Of a stretch of 64,000 nt of DNA, positions 1 to 9,786 are shown in pieces. Numbering within the stretch: position 1 is the first letter of the stretch; each line of letters begins with the position of its first letter. The translations under genes and the position numbers were made by a program. Source of the stretch: an uncultured Fusobacteriaceae bacterium (lineage in GTDB: Bacteria > Fusobacteriota > Fusobacteriia > Fusobacteriales > Fusobacteriaceae); assembly GCA_947038515.1 (NCBI GenBank), contig CAMQWJ010000006.1, forward strand, positions 46,765 through 110,764, read 5' to 3'. Below the pieces are notes generated by a model. That model searched no databases, was not told the DNA's origin, and saw only the letters and a program-made list of their open reading frames with translations.

Positions 1-20
1 AATTTTTGAAAGGAGCGACT

Positions 21-1232
21 ATGACTACATTTGACTTACTTGTTTTTCTAGTAAAAATAAGAAAAAATTATATCCCTAATAATAAACAATTTCAAAATTT
101 TGGAATATTAGGAATCCGTTTAGCACAAGAGTATTCTTTTAGAATTGATTTTTTAGATGAAAGAATATGTTCTTCACTAATGGAACTTCATTCTTCCTTA
201 ATAGAAAATCAAAATATACATTTGATGACTTTAATTCCTAGAGGAAAACCGATTCTTCTTTCCATGGAATATTTTGATAACGAACCTTTTTCTTCTACTT
301 TTACTACACAAGTATATAAGGGATCTTTGAAAAATGGACTTGATATAGCTATAAAAGTTATTAACCCCAAAGCAAAAAATATTTTTTTGAATAAACTTTT
401 AAAATTAAAAAATAGGATTAAACAAATTGATTTCTTTAATCCTAAATTATCAAAAAATTTATGTTTAAAAGAAATTTATAATGAAATTGAAGAAATTAAT
501 TTAAATAAATTTTTACTTCAATCTGAAATAGATACAACAAAAAAATTTGAAAAAAAAAGAAAGGAATATGAAGAAAAATATATGCTAGATAAATTGGCTT
601 TTCCTCAACTTATTCCTAGTCTGTCTTCAGAAAATTATATTATTGGAGAATTTATCTATGGAACTCCTATGAAAGTTTTATTAGAAGATATTAAATCTAA
701 ATACCACACTGTTTTAGAAATTATAAGGTATCATTTTTTCTATATTTTTATAGTTGGAAAATTCCATTCTGATATTCATCCCGGTAATATCGTAGTTGGA
801 GATGATTCTAAAATATATTTTATAGATTGTAATACTTATCTTGAAATAGATGATAATTTTAGAAAAAGTTTTTTTAAATTTCTATATAATATTTCAACAA
901 GAGACTATATACAAGTTGCAAAAGGACTTCTGGACATGTGTGAAGTAGATTTTTCTAGAAGTAATTTATTGACTTTTGCTGAAAAATTGAAAGAAGAGTT
1001 AAAAGAAATCTATAATTTAAATTTAAGTCAAATAAACTTCACTCAAACCTTAATGAAAGCTTTAAAAATGGCAATGCAATATGGATTAAAACTACCCCAC
1101 AGTACTTTTAATCTATTAAAAGCAATTAATCGGTTAGAGAAAATTCTTAAAAAAACAATGCATACAGAAATTTTTATAAAAGATCTAAATAAAATTTTAG
1201 AAATCTATAAAGATGACGAAAGATTAAAGTAA
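21..1232 (+). CDS. ABC1/UbiB-family atypical protein kinase
   Basis: Motifs: HSDIHPGNIVV with following IDCN (DFG-equivalent), and lysine in IAIKV, as in ADCK/UbiB kinases. AGGAG RBS at 11-15 precedes ATG at 21; the track ORF starts earlier at TTG 6. Confidence 0.6.
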   Translation: MTTFDLLVFLVKIRKNYIPNNKQFQNFGILGIRLAQEYSFRIDFLDERICSSLMELHSSLIENQNIHLMTLIPRGKPILLSMEYFDNEPFSSTFTTQVYKGSLKNGLDIAIKVINPKAKNIFLNKLLKLKNRIKQIDFFNPKLSKNLCLKEIYNEIEEINLNKFLLQSEIDTTKKFEKKRKEYEEKYMLDKLAFPQLIPSLSSENYIIGEFIYGTPMKVLLEDIKSKYHTVLEIIRYHFFYIFIVGKFHSDIHPGNIVVGDDSKIYFIDCNTYLEIDDNFRKSFFKFLYNISTRDYIQVAKGLLDMCEVDFSRSNLLTFAEKLKEELKEIYNLNLSQINFTQTLMKALKMAMQYGLKLPHSTFNLLKAINRLEKILKKTMHTEIFIKDLNKILEIYKDDERLK

Positions 1233-1263
1233 CTATTATCTAAGAGTTTTAAAGTGGTAAATA

Positions 1264-1292
1264 TTGACATAACTTAACTTAATTAGTATAAT
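1264..1292 (+). promoter_or_regulatory. sigma70-like promoter (TTGACA, 17-nt spacer, TATAAT) upstream of the lipoprotein gene
   Basis: Read directly: ttgaca at 1264-1269, tataat at 1287-1292. Confidence 0.5.
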
Positions 1293-1327
1293 ATAATGAG
1301 GTTCTATAAATGACTTTGGAGGTTATA

Positions 1328-2362
1328 ATGAAAAAAATAATATGTATATTAACTCTTGCAACGATTCTTATATCTTGTAATAAAAATGAAGATGGTTCAA
1401 AAAAAGAAAAACTTTATGTTTATTCTTGGGCAGAATTTATTCCCCAAATAATATATGATAAATTTGAAGCTGAAACAGGTATCGAAATTATAGAAGACAT
1501 CTACTCTTCTAATGAAGAAATGTTTGCAAAATTAAAAGCTGGGGCAACAGGCTATGACGTTATTATGCCCTCAACAGATTATTTAGAAATTCTTTCTCGT
1601 GAAGGAATGCTTCTAAAATTAGACAAGTCTAAAATTTCTACTTTTAAAAATATTGACCCAATAGTATTAGAAAAGCTTCAATACTTTGATCCCAACAATG
1701 AAATGGGAGTCCCTTATGCTATGGGAGCAACTGGTATTATCGTTAATAAAAAATATGTAAAAAATTATAATAGAGATTTTTCTATTTATTTAGATGAAAG
1801 CTTAAAAGGAAAAATGACTTTACTAGATGATATGAGAGAAGTTATGACTTCTGCTCTTCTTACTTTAGGATATAAACAGGATACTAATAATGAAAAAGAG
1901 ATTGAAGAAGCTAGTGAACTTGTAATAAAATGGAAAAAAAATATAATTAAATTTGATGCTGAGTCTTTTGGAAAAGGATTTGCAATGGAAGAATTTTATG
2001 TAGTTCATGGATACTCTGATAATGTTTATAATGAACTTAGTTTAGAGGAAAGAAAAAATGTAGAGTTCATCATTCCTGAAAAAGGTGGACTATCTTATAT
2101 TGATTCCCTTGCCATAACTAAAGATAGTAAAAATCTAGATTCAGCATATAAATTTTTAGAATTTATACACAAACCTGAAAATTATGCTTTAATTTGTGAT
2201 ACTATTGGAATACCTTCTATCAATGTCCCTGGTAGAAAATTAATGAAAACAAAACCAGTTTATGAAATAGAAGATTTAAAAAATACTGAAGTTCTACATG
2301 ATATAAAAGATACTTTACCACTTCACGGTAAATATTGGCAAAAAATTATGGTTTCTAACTAA
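1328..2362 (+). CDS. Spermidine/putrescine-type ABC substrate-binding lipoprotein (PotD-like); no permease or ATPase partner nearby
   Basis: Signal peptide with lipobox LISC. Strong PotD/PotF-like N-terminal similarity (YVYSWAEFIP, AGATGYDVIMPS). GGAGG RBS 6 nt before ATG at 1328. Confidence 0.6.
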   Translation: MKKIICILTLATILISCNKNEDGSKKEKLYVYSWAEFIPQIIYDKFEAETGIEIIEDIYSSNEEMFAKLKAGATGYDVIMPSTDYLEILSREGMLLKLDKSKISTFKNIDPIVLEKLQYFDPNNEMGVPYAMGATGIIVNKKYVKNYNRDFSIYLDESLKGKMTLLDDMREVMTSALLTLGYKQDTNNEKEIEEASELVIKWKKNIIKFDAESFGKGFAMEEFYVVHGYSDNVYNELSLEERKNVEFIIPEKGGLSYIDSLAITKDSKNLDSAYKFLEFIHKPENYALICDTIGIPSINVPGRKLMKTKPVYEIEDLKNTEVLHDIKDTLPLHGKYWQKIMVSN

Positions 2363-2396
2363 ATAAAAATTTTCAAAATAAAAATGGAGGTTACAA

Positions 2397-3485
2397 TTGG
2401 AATTTATAATAAATAAAAAAATAATTGTTGACGTCTTAAGTGAGTTTGTCGTTATTTTAAAAGAAAACCCTATAAGACCCATCCTCAATGGAATAAAAAT
2501 TACTACTGAAGGGGAAAATCTAAAGTTTTTAGGAACTAACTTAGAAATTGATTTAATCAAAACTGTTCCTGCTGAGATAATTCAACATGGTGGAGTAGTT
2601 ATCAAACCAAATTTAATTTTAGAATATATAAAACTAATGGATCAAGAAGAGATAAAATTTAAATTACAAGAATCTACTCTATATATTCATCAAGCTGAAT
2701 TTTCTGTTTTAAATTTAGAGTCTTATCCAGTAGTTCCTGTTTTTGAATCTACAGAAATTACTTCTTTAAATGGTAAAGAATTAAAAGAAATTTTTGACAA
2801 AGTTAAATTTGTAGCTTCACAAAATAACGATAATTTAGCTATCAATGTAATTAGATTGCAATTTAAAAAAGACTTTTCTGAATTTGTTGCAACAGATTCA
2901 CATCGTCTAATATATCTAAAGAAAAATATAGCTTCAAAAGAAGAAACTTCTTTTTCTCTTCCATTAGATGGTGTTAATTCATTATCTAAACTCTTAAAAG
3001 ATGAAGAAGATATAACTATAAATTTCTCTAATGGACAAGCTATTTTTTTATGGAACAATACTTATTTTTCTACGAAAACTATTGAATTAAGTTTTCCAGC
3101 ATTTGAAAACATAATTAATGATAACTCTTTCTCAAAACACATGGAATTTAATAATTCTGAAATTAAATCTTCTTTAAAAAAGATTTTAGCTATTTCAAAA
3201 ACCAGTGTTGATTTAAAATTTGGTGCTATTTTTAAATTTGGAAGTAAAAAAGTACAAGTTCAAGTGAATTCTGGAAAAGCAAAATTAACTGAAAAGTTTA
3301 ATGTTATAATGGAAGGAACAGAGCTTACAACCTCTCTAAATACTAAATATCTACTTGATTTTATTTCTCAAATAGACAATAATGTAATTTTAGAAGGAAT
3401 AGATTCAAATTCTAAATTTAAAATAACTGAATTAGGAGATAATAGTTATCAATATATAATGATGCCTTTATCTATGCGTTCTTAA
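2397..3485 (+). CDS. dnaN: DNA polymerase III beta subunit (sliding clamp)
   Basis: 362 aa. Motifs VATDSHRL and C-terminal YIMMPL match DnaN. TTG start 6 nt after GGAGG. Confidence 0.75.
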   Translation: MEFIINKKIIVDVLSEFVVILKENPIRPILNGIKITTEGENLKFLGTNLEIDLIKTVPAEIIQHGGVVIKPNLILEYIKLMDQEEIKFKLQESTLYIHQAEFSVLNLESYPVVPVFESTEITSLNGKELKEIFDKVKFVASQNNDNLAINVIRLQFKKDFSEFVATDSHRLIYLKKNIASKEETSFSLPLDGVNSLSKLLKDEEDITINFSNGQAIFLWNNTYFSTKTIELSFPAFENIINDNSFSKHMEFNNSEIKSSLKKILAISKTSVDLKFGAIFKFGSKKVQVQVNSGKAKLTEKFNVIMEGTELTTSLNTKYLLDFISQIDNNVILEGIDSNSKFKITELGDNSYQYIMMPLSMRS

Positions 3486-3510
3486 AAAATCATACTCTTT
3501 GGAGGAATAA

Positions 3511-4035
3511 ATGGGATTTTTAGATAGTAAAATTGAAAACTTAGGAGATAGAATCCAAGTTTTAAGAATTGAAAACACTGTAAATTTTGGATTAGTCACA
3601 AAAGATAATTATTTAATTATAGGTGAACAAGAGAGACCAGGAGGTCCAAACAAAACTTGTCTTGGTCTCTTTGGTGGTTATATTTCAGGAGAAGAAACTC
3701 CTGAAATAACCCTTATGAGAGAGATGTTTGAAGAAACTAACATTAAAGAAGAGGAAGTTCTTAATACAATTTGGCTTCACTTTAATCTAAAAGTTTCTGA
3801 AGGATATACAACTGAAAGTAATTCTACAGGAATTGTATATTTAAAAAATTCTTTAAATTATTATTTGGAATTTCTAAAGTGTAATGACACCCATGAAAAT
3901 ATTCAATTTAAAATTTATACTTTATCTAACGAAAAAAATGACCATTATCCCCCTATTCTAAGTTTAGACCAGTGTGAGACAATGAGACTTTTTTACCTTA
4001 TAAAAGAACTTCGACGTTCATATAAGATAGATTAA
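3511..4035 (+). CDS. NUDIX hydrolase
   Basis: Nudix box GGYISGEETPEITLMREMFEETNI (GX5EX7REUXEEXGU). Confidence 0.7.
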   Translation: MGFLDSKIENLGDRIQVLRIENTVNFGLVTKDNYLIIGEQERPGGPNKTCLGLFGGYISGEETPEITLMREMFEETNIKEEEVLNTIWLHFNLKVSEGYTTESNSTGIVYLKNSLNYYLEFLKCNDTHENIQFKIYTLSNEKNDHYPPILSLDQCETMRLFYLIKELRRSYKID

Positions 4036-4135
4036 TAAAAAATCTTTCATACTCTAAATAATTTATTTCTATTGATTTTTAACCTCACAAATGGTATCAT
4101 TATTTATACAAAATTTAATTAAAGAAGGTGATAAT

Positions 4136-4375
4136 ATGGATATACATACATGGGAAGAAGATATATATAGTTCTATTTTTGAGGCTACTTTTGATGCTTT
4201 AATAGCTCAATATAAAGAAGGTTCTCTACCTCTTACAGAGTTAGAAAAAAATATAGAAGAGCAGTTTGTAATTTTACAAAACTCTTCTACTGAGGGTTCT
4301 GTAAGATTTAATCAATGCTCGGCAACTATTGATGCACATCAATATGCTCTTGCTTTTATAAAAAAAGAACTTTAA
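4136..4375 (+). CDS. Hypothetical small protein (79 aa from internal ATG with GAAGGTGA RBS)
   Basis: ORF with plausible RBS; no recognisable domain. Confidence 0.35.
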   Translation: MDIHTWEEDIYSSIFEATFDALIAQYKEGSLPLTELEKNIEEQFVILQNSSTEGSVRFNQCSATIDAHQYALAFIKKEL

Positions 4376-4390
4376 TATTAACTAAAAAAT

Positions 4391-4428
4391 AAAAGTACCT
4401 CATTCTTGAGGTACTTTTATTTTTTACT
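4391..4428. terminator. Bidirectional rho-independent terminator
   Basis: aaaagtacctca-ttct-tgaggtactttt followed by T-run; A-run before it. Confidence 0.7.
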
Positions 4429-4441
4429 CTATTCTATAATT

Positions 4442-5152
4442 CTATTCATAAAAATATTTTCTAATTTCTTTTTCAGAATAATTCACAACTAATTCATCAG
4501 GAAAACTAAGTTTCTCTAACAGTGCCTCACAACGTAAAAAATTTCCTATATCATAGTGAATATGAGCATCACTTCCCAATATAATTTTAACGTTTTTCTT
4601 CATACACTCTTTTAACATAATAGTTAAATTATCAATAGCTCCTATTCTAAACCCATCTGGGTCTAATGAACTATTATTAACTTCCAGTAAAACATCATAT
4701 TTTTTTGCACCTTCTACAAGTTTTTCATAATCTAAAGGATAACAAGATTCATCAGGATGGCCAATAACCTTAACTTTAGGGTTTTTCATTGCATTTAAAA
4801 TAGCCATTGTATTATTCTCTCTAGTATCATATGGAAAACAAGGGGGATGCAAGCTTGCTATCATATAGTCCAAAGCATCCATTTCAATTATAGTTAAATC
4901 AAGTTCCCCTTGGGAATTTATAATATTAGCTTCGGCTCCTCTCAAAATTTCTACACCTTTTATATTTCTAGGCACAACTCTTAAATTTGAAAAATACCAT
5001 TCATGAGCACCATTTGGCATTGTAGGACCATGTTCAGAAGTTCCTAAAAACTTTAATCCTTTTTCTGAAGCTGCTTGAATATTTTCATGTAAAGTGCTAA
5101 AAGCATGTCCACTAACAATAGTATGTGTGTGTAAATCTATAAGTGATTTCAT
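4442..5152 (-). CDS. PHP-domain phosphoesterase (histidinol-phosphatase/YcdX-like)
   Basis: N-terminal LIDLHTHTIVSGHA motif. Start taken at ATG 5152 (GGAG RBS), 1 nt after the upstream ABC-F stop. Confidence 0.65.
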   Translation of the reverse strand: MKSLIDLHTHTIVSGHAFSTLHENIQAASEKGLKFLGTSEHGPTMPNGAHEWYFSNLRVVPRNIKGVEILRGAEANIINSQGELDLTIIEMDALDYMIASLHPPCFPYDTRENNTMAILNAMKNPKVKVIGHPDESCYPLDYEKLVEGAKKYDVLLEVNNSSLDPDGFRIGAIDNLTIMLKECMKKNVKIILGSDAHIHYDIGNFLRCEALLEKLSFPDELVVNYSEKEIRKYFYE

Positions 5153-5153
5153 T

Positions 5154-6773
5154 TTAATACATCTCCGCAAGCCTAGCTACTACAGATTCATCATTCAAAT
5201 ACTCATCATAAGTCATCTCTTTATCAATCATTCCATTAGGAGTAATTTCAATTACTCTGTTTGCAATAGTTTGAACAAATTCATGGTCATGAGCTGTAAA
5301 TAATATTGTCCCTTTAAATCCAGTTAAAGATTTATTAACTGATGTTATAGATTCTAAATCCAAATGATCTGTAGGGTTATCAAATAAAAGTACATTGGAA
5401 TTACTCATCATCATTTTTGATAACATACATCTTTGTTTTTCTCCTCCAGACAGGACTTTTACTTTCTTAAAAACTTCTTCTCCAGAAAATAGCATTCGTC
5501 CTAAAAAACCTCTAATAAAAGAATCATGTTGGTCTGGTGAATATGGTCTTAGCCATTCAATAAGGTCTAAATCATTATCATTAAAATATACAGAGTTATC
5601 TCTAGGCATATAAGTTTGAGTTGTTGTTACTCCCCAAGTATAGTGTCCTGAATCTGGCTCTACTTCCCCTGCTAAAATAGATAACAATGTTGTTTTAACA
5701 ATATCATTTTGAGCAAGAAAAATTATTTTATCATTTGAGTTAACAGTAAAACTAACATTATCAAGAATTTTTATTCCATCAACAACTTTAGTCAAATTTT
5801 CAACTTTTAGTAAATTATTTCCAGCTTCTCTTTCTGCTTTAAATTCGATAAATGGATATTTTCTGTTAGAAATTTGCATATCTTCTAACTGTAACTTATC
5901 CAATTGTTTCTTTCTAGAAGTAGCTTGACTAGATTTTGATGCATTTGCACTAAAACGAGCAATAAAGTCTTGTAGTTCTTGTCGTTTTTGTTCTACTTTT
6001 TTATTTTTATTTCCTAATAATTGTAGCATCAGTTGACTAGATTCATACCAAAAATCATAATTTCCAACAAAAATTTTAATTTTTCCATAATCTATATCAG
6101 CCATATGCGTACAAACTTTATTCAAAAAATGTCTATCATGTGAAACTACAAGAGTAGTCATATTTTCAAGGTTTTCTCCTAGAAAATTCTCCAACCATGT
6201 AACTGCCATTATATCAAGTCCATTTGTAGGCTCATCTAGTAAAAGAACATCTGGTTTTCCAAAAAGTGCTTGTGCTAACAATACTTTTACTTTTTGACTC
6301 TCTGGTAACTCTTTCATATATTTTGAATGTTCTTCACTTTTTATTCCTAAACCTGTCAAAAGAATTTCTGCTTCTGGCTCTGCATCCCAACCATCCAATT
6401 CAGCAAACTCTCCTTCTAGTTCTGCAGCTTTCATACCATCTTCATCTGTAAACTCTTCTTTTGCATAAATGGCATTTTTTTGAACCATAATATCCCATAA
6501 TTTCTTATTTCCCATAAGAACAACATCAATAACTCTATCTTCTTCATTGGCAAAGTGATCCTGTCTCAATACAGACATTCGTCTATTTTTCTCTAAAATT
6601 ACTTCTCCCTCAGTAGGTTCTAAATCTCCAGCTAATATTTTAACAAAAGTTGATTTTCCTGCTCCATTAGCTCCAATTAATCCGTAGCAATTTCCTGGTG
6701 TAAATTTAATACTAACATCTTCAAAAAGTTTTCTTCCTGAAAATCTCATACCTATACTAGCTGTTGATATCAT
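5154..6773 (-). CDS. ABC-F family ATPase (YbiT/EttA-like, two ABC cassettes)
   Basis: Two Walker A (GANGAGKST, two LSGGEK-type signatures) and near-collinear similarity to E. coli YbiT (NYDFWYESSQL, RFSANASKSSQATSR). Confidence 0.8.
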   Translation of the reverse strand: MISTASIGMRFSGRKLFEDVSIKFTPGNCYGLIGANGAGKSTFVKILAGDLEPTEGEVILEKNRRMSVLRQDHFANEEDRVIDVVLMGNKKLWDIMVQKNAIYAKEEFTDEDGMKAAELEGEFAELDGWDAEPEAEILLTGLGIKSEEHSKYMKELPESQKVKVLLAQALFGKPDVLLLDEPTNGLDIMAVTWLENFLGENLENMTTLVVSHDRHFLNKVCTHMADIDYGKIKIFVGNYDFWYESSQLMLQLLGNKNKKVEQKRQELQDFIARFSANASKSSQATSRKKQLDKLQLEDMQISNRKYPFIEFKAEREAGNNLLKVENLTKVVDGIKILDNVSFTVNSNDKIIFLAQNDIVKTTLLSILAGEVEPDSGHYTWGVTTTQTYMPRDNSVYFNDNDLDLIEWLRPYSPDQHDSFIRGFLGRMLFSGEEVFKKVKVLSGGEKQRCMLSKMMMSNSNVLLFDNPTDHLDLESITSVNKSLTGFKGTILFTAHDHEFVQTIANRVIEITPNGMIDKEMTYDEYLNDESVVARLAEMY

Positions 6774-7042
6774 TTGTTTCCTCCAATAAGTTAAGAATTT
6801 ATAAATAATTTTTTTATTTAATATTTTATCTAATTCAAGTTATATTATAACATATTTAACCTTAGAAAGATAGCAAGAGAAGAAGAAAAATAATTTTAAT
6901 TCACTCTTTTTTATCTATAAATTATCTTCATAAAAACTAAATAAGTAAAAAAATAGAAAAAACTTTTATTTTATGATATTATTATCTATAATATCTGTAA
7001 ATAATTGGTAACGATTATTAATAATATACTAATAGGAGAACT

Positions 7043-7999
7043 ATGACTATTTATGATGAATATCACCTAAAAAATATAGTAATAAAAAATAGAGTTGTCT
7101 TACCACCTCTGGTTAGATTCTCAAAAGTTGGAATCGATGGTTTTGTTACTCCAGACTTAATTCAATGGTATCAAGATGTTGCCCAAGGGGGAGCAGGTTT
7201 AATTATTGTTGAAGCCTCATGTGTGTGTGAAAATGGTAAACTTCGCCCTAATCAAATAGGAATATGGAATGATTGTTTTATAAAAGGTTTATCTCAAATA
7301 GCAGAAATATGTAAAAAATATAATACCCCCTCCATTATTCAGATACATCATGCTGGATTTGGAGAAGATATCTCCACAATATCAGAAATGGAACTTGACC
7401 TAATTTTAGAAAAATTTGTTGTTGCTTTCTTTCGAGCTAAGGAAGCAGGCTTTGATGGAATTGAAATTCATGGGGCTCACGGCTATTTAATTTCACAATT
7501 AAATTCAAAGATTTTAAATACAAGAACTGATAAGTATGGGGGAACCCTTGAAAAAAGACTATATTTTTCTAAAGAACTAATAAAAAGGACTAAAGCACTT
7601 TTTAATGAGGATTTTATTTTAGGATATAGAATGGGAGGAAATGAACCTACTCTTGAGGATGGTATTGAAATAGCTAAAAAATTAGAAGAATATGGTGTCG
7701 ATTTATTACATGTTTCAAGTGGAATTCCTGATCCTGATTTTAAACAAGAAGCTAAAATTCATATGAAACATGCCTTTCCTATGGATTGGGTTGTCTATAT
7801 GGGGGTAGAAATAAAAAAACATATCTCTATTCCTGTTATTGGTGTTAGAAAAATTAAAGAAGAAAAAGATGCAAGTTGGTTAATAGAAAATAAAATGCTA
7901 GATTTTGTTGCAATTGGACGAGGAATGATTCTAAAACCTGATTGGGTAAATTGGAGTAAGAATGAATATTTTAAAAGAACTGGTATCAAACAAAAATAA
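7043..7999 (+). CDS. Old Yellow Enzyme-family NADH:flavin oxidoreductase
   Basis: OYE N-terminal pattern (PPLVRFS, GGAGLIIVEAS, IQIHHAGF) and TIM-barrel length. Confidence 0.65.
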   Translation: MTIYDEYHLKNIVIKNRVVLPPLVRFSKVGIDGFVTPDLIQWYQDVAQGGAGLIIVEASCVCENGKLRPNQIGIWNDCFIKGLSQIAEICKKYNTPSIIQIHHAGFGEDISTISEMELDLILEKFVVAFFRAKEAGFDGIEIHGAHGYLISQLNSKILNTRTDKYGGTLEKRLYFSKELIKRTKALFNEDFILGYRMGGNEPTLEDGIEIAKKLEEYGVDLLHVSSGIPDPDFKQEAKIHMKHAFPMDWVVYMGVEIKKHISIPVIGVRKIKEEKDASWLIENKMLDFVAIGRGMILKPDWVNWSKNEYFKRTGIKQK

Positions 8000-8030
8000 A
8001 AAATTGTGAATATAATAAATTAGGAGTAAT

Positions 8031-9170
8031 ATGAAAGAACTTGATATTTTTGTAGAAATAATAGATAACTACGGTGATATAGGAGTTATTTACCGATTAG
8101 CAAAAGAAATTTTTAACAAAAAAAATGGAAAAATTAAAATACGGGTCTTCATAAATCAAACTGAAGAACTTGTTAAAATTTCAGAAAAAGCTCAGAATAT
8201 AGATGTTCAAAATATAAATGGAATAGAATATATAACATGGAAATATCTAAAAAACTCTTCTATTACTCCAAGCAATGTAATTATAGAAGCATTTGGTTGC
8301 AAAATTCCAGAAGAATTTTTACAACAAGCTCTAGTTACTTCTTCTCTATTAATCAATTTAGAATACTTTTCTTGTGAGGAGTGGACAGCTAGTTTTCATG
8401 GACAAGAATCATTAATAGATAGTAAACAATTAAAAAAATTTTTCTTTATTCCAAGTTTATTAAAAGGTACTGGTGGAGTAATTTGTGGTTCTAAAGAGAG
8501 CGAAAATATAAAACAGCTTAGCCTTAATGATTACATTCCTCATTTAACAGAAGAATTTCTTCTAAATAAAAATGTAGGTACAATTTTTTCTTATGAAAAA
8601 AATTTTTCTGCTCTTCTAGAAGAATTAGAAAAACAAAAAAAAGAAACAATTCTACTAATAATGGATAAATTAAGTCAAGAAAGTTTTAACTTAATATTTG
8701 ATAAAAATAAATATAAAAAAACAAGTATTTATATGTTCCCTTTTGTCTCTCAAGAGGAATATGACCAAATTTTAAAATTAACTGATTTTAATTTTGTACG
8801 AGGAGAAGATTCTTTTGTAAGAGCTCTTCTTTCTGGAGTCCCCTTTCTTTGGCATTGCTATTTTCAAGAAGATGAGCTCCATTTAGAAAAAATTAAAAGT
8901 TTCTTAGAAAGCTTTAAAGAATATTTTTCTATGGAACATTCTGGAAGATATTTAGAGGATTTAAATATTCTTTCTGAAATTTTTATCCTTTATAATGATC
9001 GAAAAGAAAATTCTTTAGAATTACCCAAAGAAAATTACCAGAATTTTTTTAATTCATTGACAAAATTAAGAGTTATTAGTAAAATATATAAGGAACATCT
9101 TTTACTAAATTGTAACTTGGTAAATAACCTTTTCTTTTTTATAGAAGATAAATTATCAAAAACAAAATAA
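8031..9170 (+). CDS. earP: EF-P arginine 32 rhamnosyl-transferase EarP (DUF2331)
   Basis: N-terminus MKELDIFVEIIDNYGDIGVIYRLAKE matches the EarP signature (DIFC-VVDN-GDIGV-WRLA). About 380 aa, immediately upstream of an Arg32-type efp. Confidence 0.7.
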   Translation: MKELDIFVEIIDNYGDIGVIYRLAKEIFNKKNGKIKIRVFINQTEELVKISEKAQNIDVQNINGIEYITWKYLKNSSITPSNVIIEAFGCKIPEEFLQQALVTSSLLINLEYFSCEEWTASFHGQESLIDSKQLKKFFFIPSLLKGTGGVICGSKESENIKQLSLNDYIPHLTEEFLLNKNVGTIFSYEKNFSALLEELEKQKKETILLIMDKLSQESFNLIFDKNKYKKTSIYMFPFVSQEEYDQILKLTDFNFVRGEDSFVRALLSGVPFLWHCYFQEDELHLEKIKSFLESFKEYFSMEHSGRYLEDLNILSEIFILYNDRKENSLELPKENYQNFFNSLTKLRVISKIYKEHLLLNCNLVNNLFFFIEDKLSKTK

Positions 9171-9195
9171 AATAAAAAACTTTGGAGGAAAAATT

Positions 9196-9756
9196 ATGAA
9201 AATAGCTCAAGAGCTTAGAACTGGAAGTACCATTAAAATAGGAGTTGAACCTTTTGTTATTTTAAAAGCCGAATACAATAAATCAGGTCGAAGTTCTGCT
9301 GTTGTTAAATTTAAAATGAAAAATTTAATAAGTGGAAATATTTCTGATGCTATTTATAAAGCAGACGATAAAATGGATGATATCAGATTAGAAAAAGTAA
9401 CTGCAACTTATTCTTATAATGATGGGGATTTCTATATTTTTACTGACCCTGAATGGAATCAAATCGAACTTAAAGAGGAAGATTTAGGAGACTCTCTTAA
9501 CTATCTTCAAGAGGAAATGGAATTAGAAATAGTTTATTATGAATCTACTCCAGTGGCAGTAGAACTTCCTACTTTTGTTGAAAGAGAAATTATCTATACT
9601 GAACCTGGTCTAAGAGGAGATACTTCTGGTAAAGTCTTGAAACCAGCTAAAATAAGTACAGGTTTTGAAATTCAAGTTCCTATCTTTGTTGAACAAAATG
9701 AATGGATAAAGATTGATACTAGAACAAATGAGTATGCTGAAAGAATTAAAAAATAA
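9196..9756 (+). CDS. efp: Elongation factor P, arginine-32 (EarP-type) variant
   Basis: 186 aa EF-P. Loop KSGR with R at position 32 instead of the lysine found in EpmA/YmfI-type EF-P. Confidence 0.9.
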   Translation: MKIAQELRTGSTIKIGVEPFVILKAEYNKSGRSSAVVKFKMKNLISGNISDAIYKADDKMDDIRLEKVTATYSYNDGDFYIFTDPEWNQIELKEEDLGDSLNYLQEEMELEIVYYESTPVAVELPTFVEREIIYTEPGLRGDTSGKVLKPAKISTGFEIQVPIFVEQNEWIKIDTRTNEYAERIKK

Positions 9757-9786
9757 CATTTAAGCACATAAAAGAGGGGGCATACA

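Noticed and set aside
2315-2560. Minus-strand 81-aa ORF spanning the potD-like/dnaN junction
   Set aside because: Overlaps two confidently called plus-strand genes and has low-complexity hydrophobic content.
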